Shown here piece by piece: positions 12,330-24,654 of a stretch of DNA of 64,000 nucleotides. Origin of the DNA: Harriotta raleighana (taxonomy: Eukaryota); contig JBNZDD010013721.1 of NCBI GenBank assembly GCA_050575255.1, positions 4,438,546 to 4,502,545 of the forward strand. Reading direction: 5' to 3'. How positions within the stretch are numbered: the stretch's first letter is position 1; every line of letters begins with the position of its first letter. A program made the translations under genes and the position numbers. The notes beneath the pieces were generated by a model. That model saw nothing but the letters and a program-made list of their open reading frames with translations. It made no database searches and was not told the origin of the DNA.

Positions 12330-13140
12330 TCTATCAGCTTGTAGGCATCAGGGCCTGAATGATTGCAAATCTCCTGATGCTGAACGTGGACAAGACAGAA
12401 GCCATGCTCCGTGGCTCCTGTCAACATCTTTACTTCTGTGGATCTGAACTCTTCAAACTCCCTGGGTTCTCCCTCACACTCACTGAACCAGTGCGCAATC
12501 TAGGCATCCAGTTCGACCCCCAGCTGTCCTTCCACCTCCACATCTGGCCCCGACCAGGACTCCCTTCTTCCAGCTCCACCACATTGCCTGCCTCCAGTGT
12601 ATTTAACCCCATGTGCAGCCGAAACCCTTGTGCATGCGTTTGTCACCATCCGCCCAGATTACTCGAATGCAGTCCTTGCCAGTTTCCCAAGCATCACTAT
12701 TCGAAAGATATAGCTCTCTCAGAACTCTGTAGCCCCATGTTCAAACTCCATACACTTTTATCACCAGTTATGATCAGGGTACATTGGCTCCCCATTACCG
12801 AACAGATCGACTTCAAGATCCTCACACTCATGTTCAAATTCCTTCATTCGCTGGTACCTCACTACCTCTCCAACCTCAATCCATCACCCGGCGCCTCCAC
12901 TCGACTAGAATTGGTCTCCTCTTGCATATCCCTCACATCCTCTGCTGCACCATTGGAGCTTGAGCCCTCATCCTCTACAAACGAAACTCTGGAACACACT
13001 CCCTCAATCCCTGCACCTTGCCTCTTCTCCCCTTTTAACTCCCATCTTTAAATCTTCCTATTTCACTGTGCTTACAGCCACCTCACCCTGGGCTTGGAGT
13101 CAGGCTCTGCCACTGTTAAACACCTTAAGACACTGCTCTG
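12330..13140 (+). mobile_element. L2 LINE ORF2 C-terminal fragment, degenerate
   Basis: The 230-aa ORF contains LMLNVDKTEAM, VRNLGIQFDPQLSF and VHWLPITEQIDFKILTLMFK, with frameshifted segments between them. Confidence 0.9.
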
Positions 13141-13154
13141 TATGGAAAGTGCTG

Positions 13155-13468
13155 CAGTAAAACCTTGATAATCCGACATTCCGAAAACAGGCAACTCCCT
13201 AAAACTGGCAAGATTTCAAAATACATCCAGTATTATTTTTTCAGGTGGCCTGCAAATCTCCCAAGTTCGGAACAGCTGCTTATAGTTCACAGCGCCGCCT
13301 CTGTCATCCAGTGCTGTGGTTGGAGCTCAAGCATTTTTTGGCTTTAGTGCTTTGTTTATAGAACATACAGTGTTTCTGGCGGCATTTCCCCAGTTTCTAA
13401 ACACTGGCAAATTCAAAAATCTGGGAAGTGCATGTGCCCAAGTGTGGCGGATTATCGAGGTTTTACTG
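13155..13468. mobile_element. Short Tigger/pogo-like MITE with related TIRs and a different interior
   Basis: CAGTAAAACCTTGATAATCCG ... CGGATTATCGAGGTTTTACTG|TA. The left flank is TG rather than TA. Confidence 0.8.
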
Positions 13469-16400
13469 TAAATGCAAGCTATTGTGATAAGAGTGGCTAG
13501 ATTTCCTGGCTTTAGAACATCTTTGGGTCAACAATACACACCAGTCTGGACTAGCCGCTGGCCATCATTGCACACCAGCCTTCCATTAGTCTGTCAAGGC
13601 AATTCAGCAAGGTCTGATAAGAGCATAATAGTGAGGTGCTCTGTGGTTTCTCTTTAATAACGGGATCAAATGTAGAGGTGGAAATTGACGGGAGGATTTT
13701 AGGTATGGGATTAAAAATTAATGATGAGTTGGAACACCTTACAGCCTTACTAACTGTGTTTCTGAAAATAGCCTGACTTATCTGCTACAGGCCACAAATG
13801 GTTAGACTTGGGTCTATCCGAGTTGTGTATTTTCAGTTTATGGTCCCAACAAAGATATGAACAATGGAGAGAATATTTACGGAATACTTCAGTTACTTAC
13901 AGAAATACAGAGAACTTGCTCATTGCCACTTGCACACCCCAAGTTGTGGTTTAAATACTCTTGTGATAAATGTTGGTAAACGGTTTGAGGAGAATGTCAT
14001 CAGTGTTACCGTGGCATATTAACGTTTTTATGAGACTCGAGAGTGCGGAGCAAGGGATTTGCTTAGCTGCTAACAAACCAATTTAAGAGTAAAATCTTCA
14101 CTGCAGAACAAAATAGCATCTGCTCAGGAACCTGGTGCCTGTCCCTTCCTTTGAAGTGCTCTGAGACGCCATCCGGCATAGAGGGTGCTATATAAATTGA
14201 AGTTGTTGTTGTTGTCCAGGGAGCCTAATTATTTCACATCTGCTGGGATTTCACAAATAGGTTCTCCTCACCGGAGGTCACTGCCCAAGACCTGGTCGCC
14301 TGATCCTTACAGAACTCATTATCATCCTTGCCTTTCATATGCAAAGATTCCTCCTCAGACTCTTCAACTCTTCCTCCATCCCAGGAAACGGTCCTAATCC
14401 ATGCTGATTCCGTGCTTCCATGGCAGTTTCCAGCTCTGCACCGAGTGTCAGAAGGCACTTTATTGCATAGACACTGATGGCCCCACCTACCCAGGGTCTG
14501 ATATCCTCACTGCCCTTCTTCAAACATTGCAGCTGGCAAAAAGGGGATGACCCAGGCGTACTCTCCTCACCCAGTATCGACCTTACTCGTTTCTGTGAGC
14601 ACGTAAAAGCTAATTACATCCTCTACATGAGAAGAGTCAGCTGTCAATCTTGTTGAATCTCCTCATGGTTTCAGTACAAAATAAATACACATGAGCTGGA
14701 TATAAAGTGGCATGGCTTATACTGTGCACATTCTAGGGCAATGACAGAGATGCCATCTCTCAGGTGAGAAATTAAACTGAGATATGTCTGTTTGTTTAGT
14801 GGGACGTTAACAATTTCACAACACTGCTGGAAAAAGGAGAGGGATTTTCTCTTCTGGTCCATGCCCAACATTCTCCAAGATAAACTTGGTTGGTTATCAG
14901 TGATATTTGAGCCCAGACTATAGATTTTTGAATTAGCTTGAGTGTGAGTGGGGAGGATGCTATTGGAGAATTACTCTTTTCTGTTTAAAGTCAGGCACTG
15001 GGGTAACAAAACTGTAAGATAAGACAAGTCTTCCTCACCGGGTACCTATAGGTCTGTAATGAGGTTCAGACAAACCCCTAATTTCATATGTCCACTTAAC
15101 TTCCTCTGCATAGATAATGAATTTCTCTCTGTGGTCCCCAAACACTGCTTGGGAAATAAACCTCTGTGTGCTGGCTTCAGTTCAGCTCACCAAAATGAAA
15201 ATGGAATCTGGTCCACATCAATGGCTCTGTCGCAGCCTAGAACCAACTTAGGCGTGGAGAAATCTGCAAGTTTAGTGCTCCTAGTCTAGATCAAATGTGG
15301 TTTCTTCAGCACACATTATTTTAATAAAGATAGATAAAGAGGCTGAAACTACATTAATTCACAAAAATATAGTTAATATTAGCTATTTAGGGAAATTTTC
15401 ATGCGTCAATATTATTTGCCCAATAAAATCATTACAGTCAATTTGATGTATTATGATGTTGTACAAATATCCGGGAGAGTTAATCTGACTCTACACACAC
15501 CTGGGAGTAAGCGATACTCTGGCAATTTAAAAAACACGTTTTTTTTAATATAAAGAAACAGCACAAGCTCTGGGTGGTTTTAAAGATTCGGGTGAAATGC
15601 TGTTCTGTTCAATGCTGTCCTCAATCTAAACTGACCTCTCATAGCCCTTCCTCACAGCTTCTCTCTCCACCCCTCACCTCTAGTAGCTCACACTTACTCC
15701 AACACACACAGATCTCCTCTCCCCCACCACCCAGTTTCCCCCACCCCAACGCATACATATGGTACAAATGGCACCCCCCTGTCCCACATAAGAGGCATAC
15801 GCACCCCACCTCCATCATCTAATCTTCTTCAACTGCCACAGATAAATAATTCACATTCACTTTTTTTTTGTAAAATGACTGTGTGTTAGTGTCTGAATGT
15901 GTATCTTCAATTGTATGTACATGTCTATCGTGTGTGTGTGTGTGTGTGTGGGTGTCTGGCTTCAACTTCCAGTGCTATCAACCTTCAAACTAATCAACAG
16001 TCGCACAAAAACAGAGGCAGCATCATGTCTAGACAGTTGGTAACAAAGGACATTTGAAGTACTGAGAGGAGCAGGGATGCAAATTCCCCATTCCATGCAG
16101 GGCTGTATTTATGATGTTTCAGCTGCACAAGCTTCAAAGGTGCTTTTTGCAAAATGAATTGCTGTATTCCACTCTTGAAGTCTGGCTCAGAACGACTTGC
16201 GTGCGTCAGCAATGATATCTGGCTGCTTCCCTTTCATCTTCCCATGAAAAAAATTGTAAACGTTCCCTATTAACCTCTGTATTGCTGGATGTCCTTGATC
16301 AGCGTCAGGGTATGTTTGTAAATCACCATTGTTCACCGTGTCTCCAGTTCCAGCCCCCATCCTCCAGAGGGCTGAGGAGGGCAAGGGCAGCAGGGAAGAC

Positions 16401-17049
16401 TGAAAAATGAATCAATCTGATAGTGGATGATCAAACCACCCACTGACTGATCTCTCAAGGTTTGTTCTGTCAATTACTACCTCCACAGTCAGTATGAAGC
16501 CTAAAACCCCAAACCGTAACCAATCTCTCTTTCAGGTGCCTTCTCCAAGACTTCACACCACAGCTAGCTACAAAATTAAAGTCACAAGCTCCATTACTGC
16601 CCTGTACTTGAAGACATCAGAAATAATAACTTCATATTGAATCAGTTGGTAAACTGCAGCATCAGTCTGGAGTTTTTTTTTTAAAGTTGTGGGTTCAAGC
16701 CCCATATAAAAATGAACAGTGATGAGCTGAGAGCTGGTGGGGGAAAAACAACAATTTACCGACATGAGCTAAGCTACGGTCAACAGCCCAATTATCATCT
16801 CATCAACACTGCCCATAGGCTGACAATGTACCCTTTGCACCAGCAAATTGTGCTACATTTCTTTTTGCCAGAGGAAGAGACATGGTCACAGACTAACTAC
16901 AGGGAGATCCATGAGAGAGAGAGAAGAAAAAGACTAGAGATATAGACCCTTAACCACCGTGCTCTGCTGGTAATGTATTGCAAGTTAATCTCATCTTCCC
17001 ACACCTCAATAAATTTTGATTGTAAAAAAGGTTTAACTTACATCTCTTC

Positions 17050-17475
17050 AACAACAACAACTTTGATTTATATAGCGCCTTCCATGACGGACGGGGTCTC
17101 AGAGCGCTTCACAATAACGGATCCCGGGACCGAGCCAGAGGCAGAGGTAGAAAGGTGACCAAAGGCGCGGTCGAAGAAAAAGATCTTCAGCTGGGACCCG
17201 AGCTGAGAAATGAGGGGGCGAGGCGAAGGTAGTGAGGAAGGGAATTCTAGAGCTTCGGGGCAGAGTAGCTGAAGGCACGGCCGCTGAGAGTGGAGCGGAG
17301 GATTCAGGGGACATGGAGGAAGCCAGTTCCAGTGGAGCAAAAGCAACGGTAGCTGGTTTGAGGAGAGAGATCAGAGAGATGGGGGGTGCAGAGGAGAGGA
17401 GGGATTTGAAGACTAGGGTGAGGATCTTGAAGTCGATCCTTTCTGGGATAGGGAGCCAGTGAAGTCAGGCAAGGA
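17050..17475 (-). mobile_element. L2 LINE 3' fragment, same subfamily as 43500-43925
   Basis: (AAC)n tail, GAGCGCTTCACAATAACGGATCC shared with the 43550 region, HWLP/DFKILTL motif. Confidence 0.85.
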
Positions 17476-18169
17476 AGTCTTCCCTACATAATGACTAAAA
17501 GCACAATATACTGAACAAATCAGCTTACAGTTGTGTAAAATGCCATAAAGGTCTCACAGTGACCCACCATAAACCAAACAAATAATTTTACAGCAAAGAA
17601 TTGGTACCGAGGGCACACAGAGAATGTAGTAGAGTAACTATTGAGTTAGGGGGACACTAGGGAATAGCAAAATTAGAATAATCATCCGCACATTTGATAT
17701 CATGTCATTGAAATGCCTCAAAGAGCTTCACAGGATTTCCTGTGAAGTGTAGCAAGCTTAATTTTTTTGTTGTGAGATTCAAGAACTTGCATGGAGAGGG
17801 AAGGCACAAGTTTGGGGAGAAGGAAAGAGACTTATGTTGGGGGTGAGGGGAGGAGAGGAAGCAAAGAGAGAGAGAGGCTTGTGCAGAGTATAGAAAGTCT
17901 ACTTGACCATATCTTTATCAGACTCTGTGGACCTTCCCGAGGGATAGTGGACTAGATAGCGATTTGGAGTAAGAACGCTGGGCTGATTGCTCCCCTTTGC
18001 ATAAGGGAGCCGAGATGCCAATTGTAGCATCTAGTCTAGTAGCATGAGTAAGTCATTCTCATGCCACATGTGAGCTCAGCAGATCCCAAAAGGAGAAAAA
18101 CACAAATAAGATTACCTCCCACTCACAACAGCTTTTAAGTTGGATGGCTGAGTATCTCGAAAGGTTGCG

Positions 18170-18395
18170 GAAGTCCATCCCACAGTTCCTCCGCCTCGCC
18201 CCAACTCTTGCCTCCTTCAAGACCCATCTCAAGGCTCTCGCCTTTGACCGTGCTTTTGGTCAATCGCCTCCACACCCCTACCCTTCATCTTCCCCAATCC
18301 CTCCCTCCAGTTTATGTCTGGAATATTCTGCCCAGCCCCTTGGGACGCCCCCCCCCCCGACGTGAAAAGCACTAATGTAATTTTGTTGTTATTGT
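18170..18395 (+). mobile_element. L2 LINE 3' end
   Basis: SIPQFLRLAPTLASFKTHLK motif and (TTG)n tail. Confidence 0.75.
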
Positions 18396-18872
18396 TTCCC
18401 AAACACATTGGGGATCACCAAGCAGGGAAGACAGGAAGAGGTTGAGGTATGTGAATGGTCAAAGAAAGAAACTTCTAAGAGGAGGAGGAAGGGTCAAGGC
18501 ACTCACAAATTTCAGAAGTGAACAAAGTTGGAAGATTGAGGGTATGGGCAGGAGACTAGGATGAGTTAACAGAACATTTAAGAAAGCACAGCAGAAAACA
18601 ATTTGGCAAATTCCATTAACATGAACCAGTTTTCCAAATATAGGGCCTAGTGATGTTTTTGGCAGCAGGATTGATGATGCGAATCTGGGAGCTGTGTCGC
18701 TAGTCTCTCCAGTTTGCAGAGTTGCAGTAATTAAAATATTTGTGGATCAGCTTTGGGAGTTTGAGATTCAAGCTGTTCCAAGATAGGAAGTACATTCTCC
18801 CAGCTTTGCTGCTTTACGTTAAAACAGTGGGTGAGAATGACATCACTGCAGAAGACAGGCAATGGAAGCATT

Positions 18873-19233
18873 GCGACACACTGACCCAATATCAATTGGT
18901 CAGCTCGGTGGTTCCCCACAAAGACAGACAAGTACAGTAAAACCTTGTTTATCCATTACTCACGGGACCTGGCCAGTGGCAGTTAAATGGATTTCTAGTT
19001 GAACAGGGGTTTAAAAAATAATTTTTAAAAAATATATATTTTTTTAATTAAAAATTAATTTTAACACATANGCGACACACTGACCCAATATCAATTGGTC
19101 AGCTCGGTGGTTCCCCACAAAGACAGACAAGTACAGTAAAACCTTGTTTATCCATTACTCATGGGACCTGGCCAGTGGCAGTTAAACGGATTTCTAGTTG
19201 AACAGGGGTTTAAAAAATAATTAATTTTAACAC
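18873..19233. repeat. About 200-bp near-identical duplication around a single N (19071); likely two haplotypes placed in tandem
   Basis: GCGACACACTGACCCAAT starts at both 18873 and 19072. The copies differ by two substitutions and an indel in an AT tract. Confidence 0.85.
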
Positions 19234-19845
19234 ATACATATTAATAATAGACTAAATAATAACAGAATATTCTATTAGTACATTATTATTTATACTTAAC
19301 TACGCAATGGCAGCACTGATTCGACAGAGGTAAAACAAAATGCGACTTTTAAAAGGAGCAGCGAGTTTAGACCTGACTAGCAGCCACACACACACACAGA
19401 TACATACAGACAGACACAAACCCTCAAAGATATTCAGTCTGAATCCATCATATAGATTCTGTCCACAACCCTCACCCTCCTTCCCTTTCCTCTCTCTCCC
19501 TCCCTCTCTCTGCATCACTCTCTCTCTTGTTCCATTATGCTTTCCCCCATCTCTCCCTCCCTTTCCCCCCCATCTCTTCATTCACCCCCCCCCCTTTTCT
19601 GGCTGCTACCTGTACCAGTATTTATTACGTAAACAGTACTTAACTTTGCAACGTCAGCACTCATCCGAACAAGGTAAAAAATATGCGACTTTTAAAAGGA
19701 GCAGGAACAAGGTTAGATCCAACATTAAACGCACCATCACTATTCGCCGGATAACTTCTGGTTAATCGAATCGGGACTTTTTTTTGAGATGGTGGTTGAA
19801 GGGGTTTTCCGATTATTCGAGTCACGGATAAACAAGGTTTTACTG
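19134..19845 (+). mobile_element. Tigger/pogo-like MITE, complete (left end also at 18935-19070 as an assembly duplicate)
   Basis: TA|CAGTAAAACCTTGTTTATCC ... GGATAAACAAGGTTTTACTG|TA. Interior is homologous to the 20458 and 42234 copies. Confidence 0.9.
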
Positions 19846-20457
19846 TATTACACCAACATTTCCCTGGGCAGATCCCAGTAAATTTCAAATCATTTAGTGA
19901 CCATTCAACACCACCCTATATGTGTTGCAATCTGCCGACGTGATCACCTATTTGAAGCAAGGATCAATTTCACCTTTATTTATACACACATATCTACACA
20001 ATTGTTGACACATTCTGTCAAGACATTCATTGAAAGTATTGGCAAGCTCACTTAGAAGAGTCACGGGATGGCTGGTGTGGGGAAATGGAAAATGTTATGT
20101 CTGTCTAGTGAAGGAAAGAGGGTGGGGGTTTTGTGGAGCAGAGGCACAATGTAGATTCAGTACTAGGACCTACCTGAGAAAGAATGATGCCAACACTGGA
20201 TGCCTTTCATTGAAACCATTCCATCTTTCAGTATTAACATCTCTTACCATGAACACCCCACAATGGTTCAGTGTGCCCCAGTTTACAGTTGCAGAAATTA
20301 AAAATGCCATTTCAAGTCTTTTTACATAAAGCAAAAAAAAATCCTTGCATTGATAGCGCTTTTCACTTCTTCAAGATGTCTCAAAGCACTCCACATATAT
20401 ATATATATATATATATACCCACAGTNATAAATCCAAGTTGTTGTTGTTAGCAACATA

Positions 20458-21008
20458 CAGTAAAATCCCGTTTATCCGGCATCCACGGGATCTGGTCAGT
20501 GGCGGTTAAATGGTTTTCCGGTTGAATGGATTTATATTTTTTTCTGATTAAATGTAATTTTTTAATAAAATACNTTTTCCGGTTGAATGGATTTATATTT
20601 TTTTCTGATTAAATGTAATTTTTTTATAAAATACAAATTATTTTAACACATAGCATATTAATAATGGACTAAATAATAACAGAATATTCTATTAGTATAT
20701 TATTATTTATACCTAACTTCGCAGCACTGATTCGACGGATAGTAAAAAACGCGACTTTGAAAAGCAACGAGTTTAGATCTAACGGCCAGCACACACACAG
20801 ACATATACACATGGNCAGCACACACACAGACAGACAGACACAGGCCCTCAAAGATATTCAGTCTGAATCCATCATACAAATTCTGTCGTCCCCCTGTCCC
20901 TTTCCTCTCTCTCCCTCCATCCGAACGAGATAAAATAAAAAATGCGACTTTTAAAAGGACCCAGAACGAGTTTAGACCCGACATTCAACTCGTCACCGGA
21001 TAACTTCC
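20458..21008 (+). mobile_element. Tigger/pogo-like MITE, right end missing, abuts an L2 fragment
   Basis: TA|CAGTAAAATCCCGTTTATCCGGC start. Shares the interior CCCTCAAAGATATTCAGTCTGAATCCATCATA with the 19134 copy and stops at CCGGATAACTTC. Confidence 0.85.
20514..20634. repeat. 60-bp duplication around a single N (20574); assembly artefact
   Basis: TTTTCCGGTTGAATGG...TAAAATAC occurs on both sides of the N. Confidence 0.85.
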
Positions 21009-21009
21009 G

Positions 21010-21660
21010 GGGGGCGGGTTGTGGGTTACCGAGGCCATAGAGAGCTTTGAAGTTGAGGTCCAGGATCATGAACTGTATTCTCGGTGTGATGGGAAGCCAG
21101 AGGAGTCAGGGGAATGCATGTATACGAGTTTTGGTGGCCAGTTGTATCAATCAAAATTCAATCAAATCAATCAAAATTTTATTTATGTATGAGACAGTGA
21201 CAAAGCTAGAAATGTTACGGAGGTGGGGGAAGACAGAGCATGTCTAGGCACAATGTGGGTGGAAAGGATAGTTGAGGGTTGAACCAGATGCCAGGGTTCC
21301 TGACTGCTTTAGTAAGGTGGAGTGTGCACCCATGGATGGTGATGCTGTCAGCACCTGAGGTGTGGAGGCAGTGACGGGAGCCAATCAGTAGGGCCTCGGT
21401 CTTGTTGATGTTCAACTGAAGAATGTTAGCTTTCATCCCGGACTTGATGACCGACAGATCTTCTGCCAAGACAGCAGTCAATGGTAGAGGCAGAGAGATA
21501 CAGTTAGGTGTCGTCCTTGTACATGTAGACGTTGACCCCATGTCTGCGGATGACATCACGAAGAGGGAGCATGTAGATGTTGGAGAAAACCAAGGATGGA
21601 ACCCTTGAGGAACGCCGCTTGAGACTGTGCGCGCGCCAGAGGAGGAACTATTTTGACAGT
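21010..21660 (-). mobile_element. L2 LINE reverse-transcriptase fragment
   Basis: SSGVPQG, a degenerate YxDD (ATGTACAAGGACGACACC = MYKDDT), LQLNINKTEALL and VRNPGIWFNPQLSF. Confidence 0.88.
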
Positions 21661-24654
21661 CAGTGACTGGCATTCTATAATATATTCTATAAAGCACGTT
21701 GGGATTCAATGGTGCAAAACGTGCTATATACATGTAAGTATTATTATAAATAAACTCAACTCATAATCCCTATTTTAAATGAATGTACTAATCCTATACA
21801 TTGTTTAACAACCAAAAGCAGCACTTCGTAATCTGAAATGTCAGAAATCCTCTCACTCCCAAACCTATCCTAATTTGGTGTAATTTGGGCTCAAACCAGC
21901 ATGTTCTCTTCTCAATCAGACAACAGCTAGGAGAGGCAGATATGAGTGTATTTCAACTGGTTCCTCTCCTAGTGTTCTATTCAACAGCAAAGTGGACAAA
22001 TCACTGTTTCTCTGGACTAAATAAATTGCTTGCCAGACCATAAAGAGCCAGTACTCCAATGGCTCAGCGAATAAATTGGCACAGTCCAGATTACACCCCT
22101 TCAGATCCACACCCAGAAATGGCCATTTGACTGACCTTTCTAGGATGTTGTTGGTGGAAAGTGCAGAGGAATAGTCTGAATAAAAACATCTAGTTGGTGA
22201 ATCAGAAAGAGAAGCACAAGCATGACTGTTTCCCTTTAACTAAGAGGACTGATCCCCGGGACATGCTGCTTCCAGCGACCAGAGACCCTGGTGGAACCAT
22301 TGCATGTTAATGAAGGAAGAATCTTGTCAAATGTTCCAAAAACAGCTCCTGGCTAGAATTGCAATCCAATACTTCACCGCAAAGACTATAAAGAAGTATT
22401 TATGAAATATTGACTTCTCATCTTGCCAGAGAATAATCTTTCTTTAATTGGTCTGTAGTTACTAATCCCAACCCTCACTCCTTTACCGCTTTACAATAAC
22501 AAACAATCCAAATCAATTAACTTCGGCTGCAAATCCCACAACGCCTCTTAACCCCTCGCTGACAAAGCCATTTCTAGGTCACAGATCAGGCCACTCACCA
22601 TGAGCAGGGGAACCACAAGTGAGTGTCTAGACGTGGTTTCAAGCTCGTTCCAGCACATCTTGTTATATATTCACCATGTACTGCTAACCTTCAAATGCTT
22701 CATCCTCATCTTAGCACTGTTTAAGTGTGGATGGGGCTGGGGACACATTGAAGCTCAAGATCTGCACCAAACCTCCAAAAAATGTAAATCTCTCAGCATT
22801 GAGTAGTTTGCTGGAAAGTGATCAGTGTGGGAGCCCAGGCTAATTTCCCCCCTCTATATGTGAAAGCCACTATGTAAATACGGGTTTGGGTTTCTGTATT
22901 GTAATTTTAATAACTGATCAACGAGTAAAACTCCCCAACTGAAGCAAGACCCAGTCCATTTTTGCTGCAACAAATTCTTCACAACAAATTTTAATTTTAC
23001 TCAGCAAGCCATCCCCCCCACCCCCCATTTTCATGCAATGCCCATGACTAGAAGGTGAGTGACCGAAAAATATGGATTGGCAGCTCGGAAAAACCCCAAG
23101 CAGGAATAGGATTCCTTAACATGCATCAGAGAACGAACAGATTGGATCATGGTTTTCATGTCTCATCTAAGCCTTCAACATAACTTTTGCACATGATGAA
23201 ATCTAAATTTGGCTTTAGTTTTATTCCGACAATAAAAGTGAAAAAGGAACGAAACCCACAGCCTGGAATCCAATATTTTTGTGCAATATTCTTTGCATTT
23301 GATATATTGACATACCACAGTCAACATCACCAATTTTAAATTTACAGTATTTAGCGCCCTTCACATGTGATGGGGGTACGGAGTTTTGTGCGAGTAAGTA
23401 TCCAAGCAAATGGCCTTCTTAAGCGCCCTTTGGTCCGAGTTGAGAGTTAATTCCTTACAGCCCAAATTCTTATAGAACAAATTCTAATCCATACTTCGCC
23501 GGAATGTTTGTTAAAACAATGGAATATTCTAGACAAGGGTTCAAAATGAATCTATATGCCGGGGGAATTCAAACGTCATCAGATGGGAAACGACACCAGT
23601 TCAGCCAGCGTGCCTTAGATATTCTTAGCCGGCATTCCTGAATGTCCATATTACCTCATTGAGACACAGCTTCAATGTCAACCACAGACGGCCCACCCCT
23701 TTGAGTCAGCTGCTACAAACAGCTAATGGGGTGTGAGGCTGTGAGACTCGGCCTGTTTGTCTCAGGCTCCCTTGACAACCAGACATCCAAGCACCATAAA
23801 CATTCCAGCCACGTCATGAATGTTCTGTCTCTTTGGCATTTCCTTATCTATACTCACTGCTGCCTCTAATTTGCTTGAATAATCAATGTGCTGCTGGATC
23901 TCCTCAAACCAGAGCAGACCCACAAGTTTTATTTTGCTTCTGGTGATTTTCCTCCAAAGTTTTCAGGGAGCAATCAAACCCATGAATTCATCCTTTTTAA
24001 AAAATATATATTTGAAATAACGCTTCAATAACTAAAATAAAACTTAATTTAAAAAAGGGGGTCAGAAATTTAATCGCCTGGTTGTTTAAAAGGATATGTA
24101 TTGTTCAATTCCTCTCCCACTCTCTTAAAAAACAGATTGTAACTTTGACCTGTGAGGTGCACAGTTCAGTTCCCAAGAACAATCACCAGCACGATAAAAG
24201 TAGGTAGGAATCTGCACTCTTGTAATTAATGTCTCACTGACACAGACAGACATGCACGTGCCAGATCCTAGACACATAAGAGCACCACCCCCCTTGCCCA
24301 CACACATCTGACAAATCCACCGGAGACTATACAGGCACACACCTCCCTGACCAAGCCCTCACCCACTCCCCACCAGACACAACCCACACACAGACAGGAT
24401 GATGATGTATTCTGATGACACATCAGAGCCAAAAACTGCCTGGCACAAAAATACTCAAGTTTGAACAATCACATATTACGAGAGGATCGGGGGGTGGGTG
24501 GGGGAGTGTATGGAAGTAAGACAGGGGATTGCTATCATTCAGAGTTAAACCTTAAAAGCAAACCCATAGAGTCAAGAGGAGACATGATCACATATACAAC
24601 AGCCACTAATCTAGTCAGTCCCCAAAAAAACATAAACACAAGACCAGGGACACA

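Noticed and set aside
12359-13051. Longest ORF in the track (230 aa) as a host gene
   Set aside because: It is a frameshifted L2 ORF2 remnant with recognisable LINE motifs.
16187-16384. 65-aa minus-strand ORF as an internal PMEPA1 exon
   Set aside because: No similarity to PMEPA1 as recalled and no clear splice boundaries.
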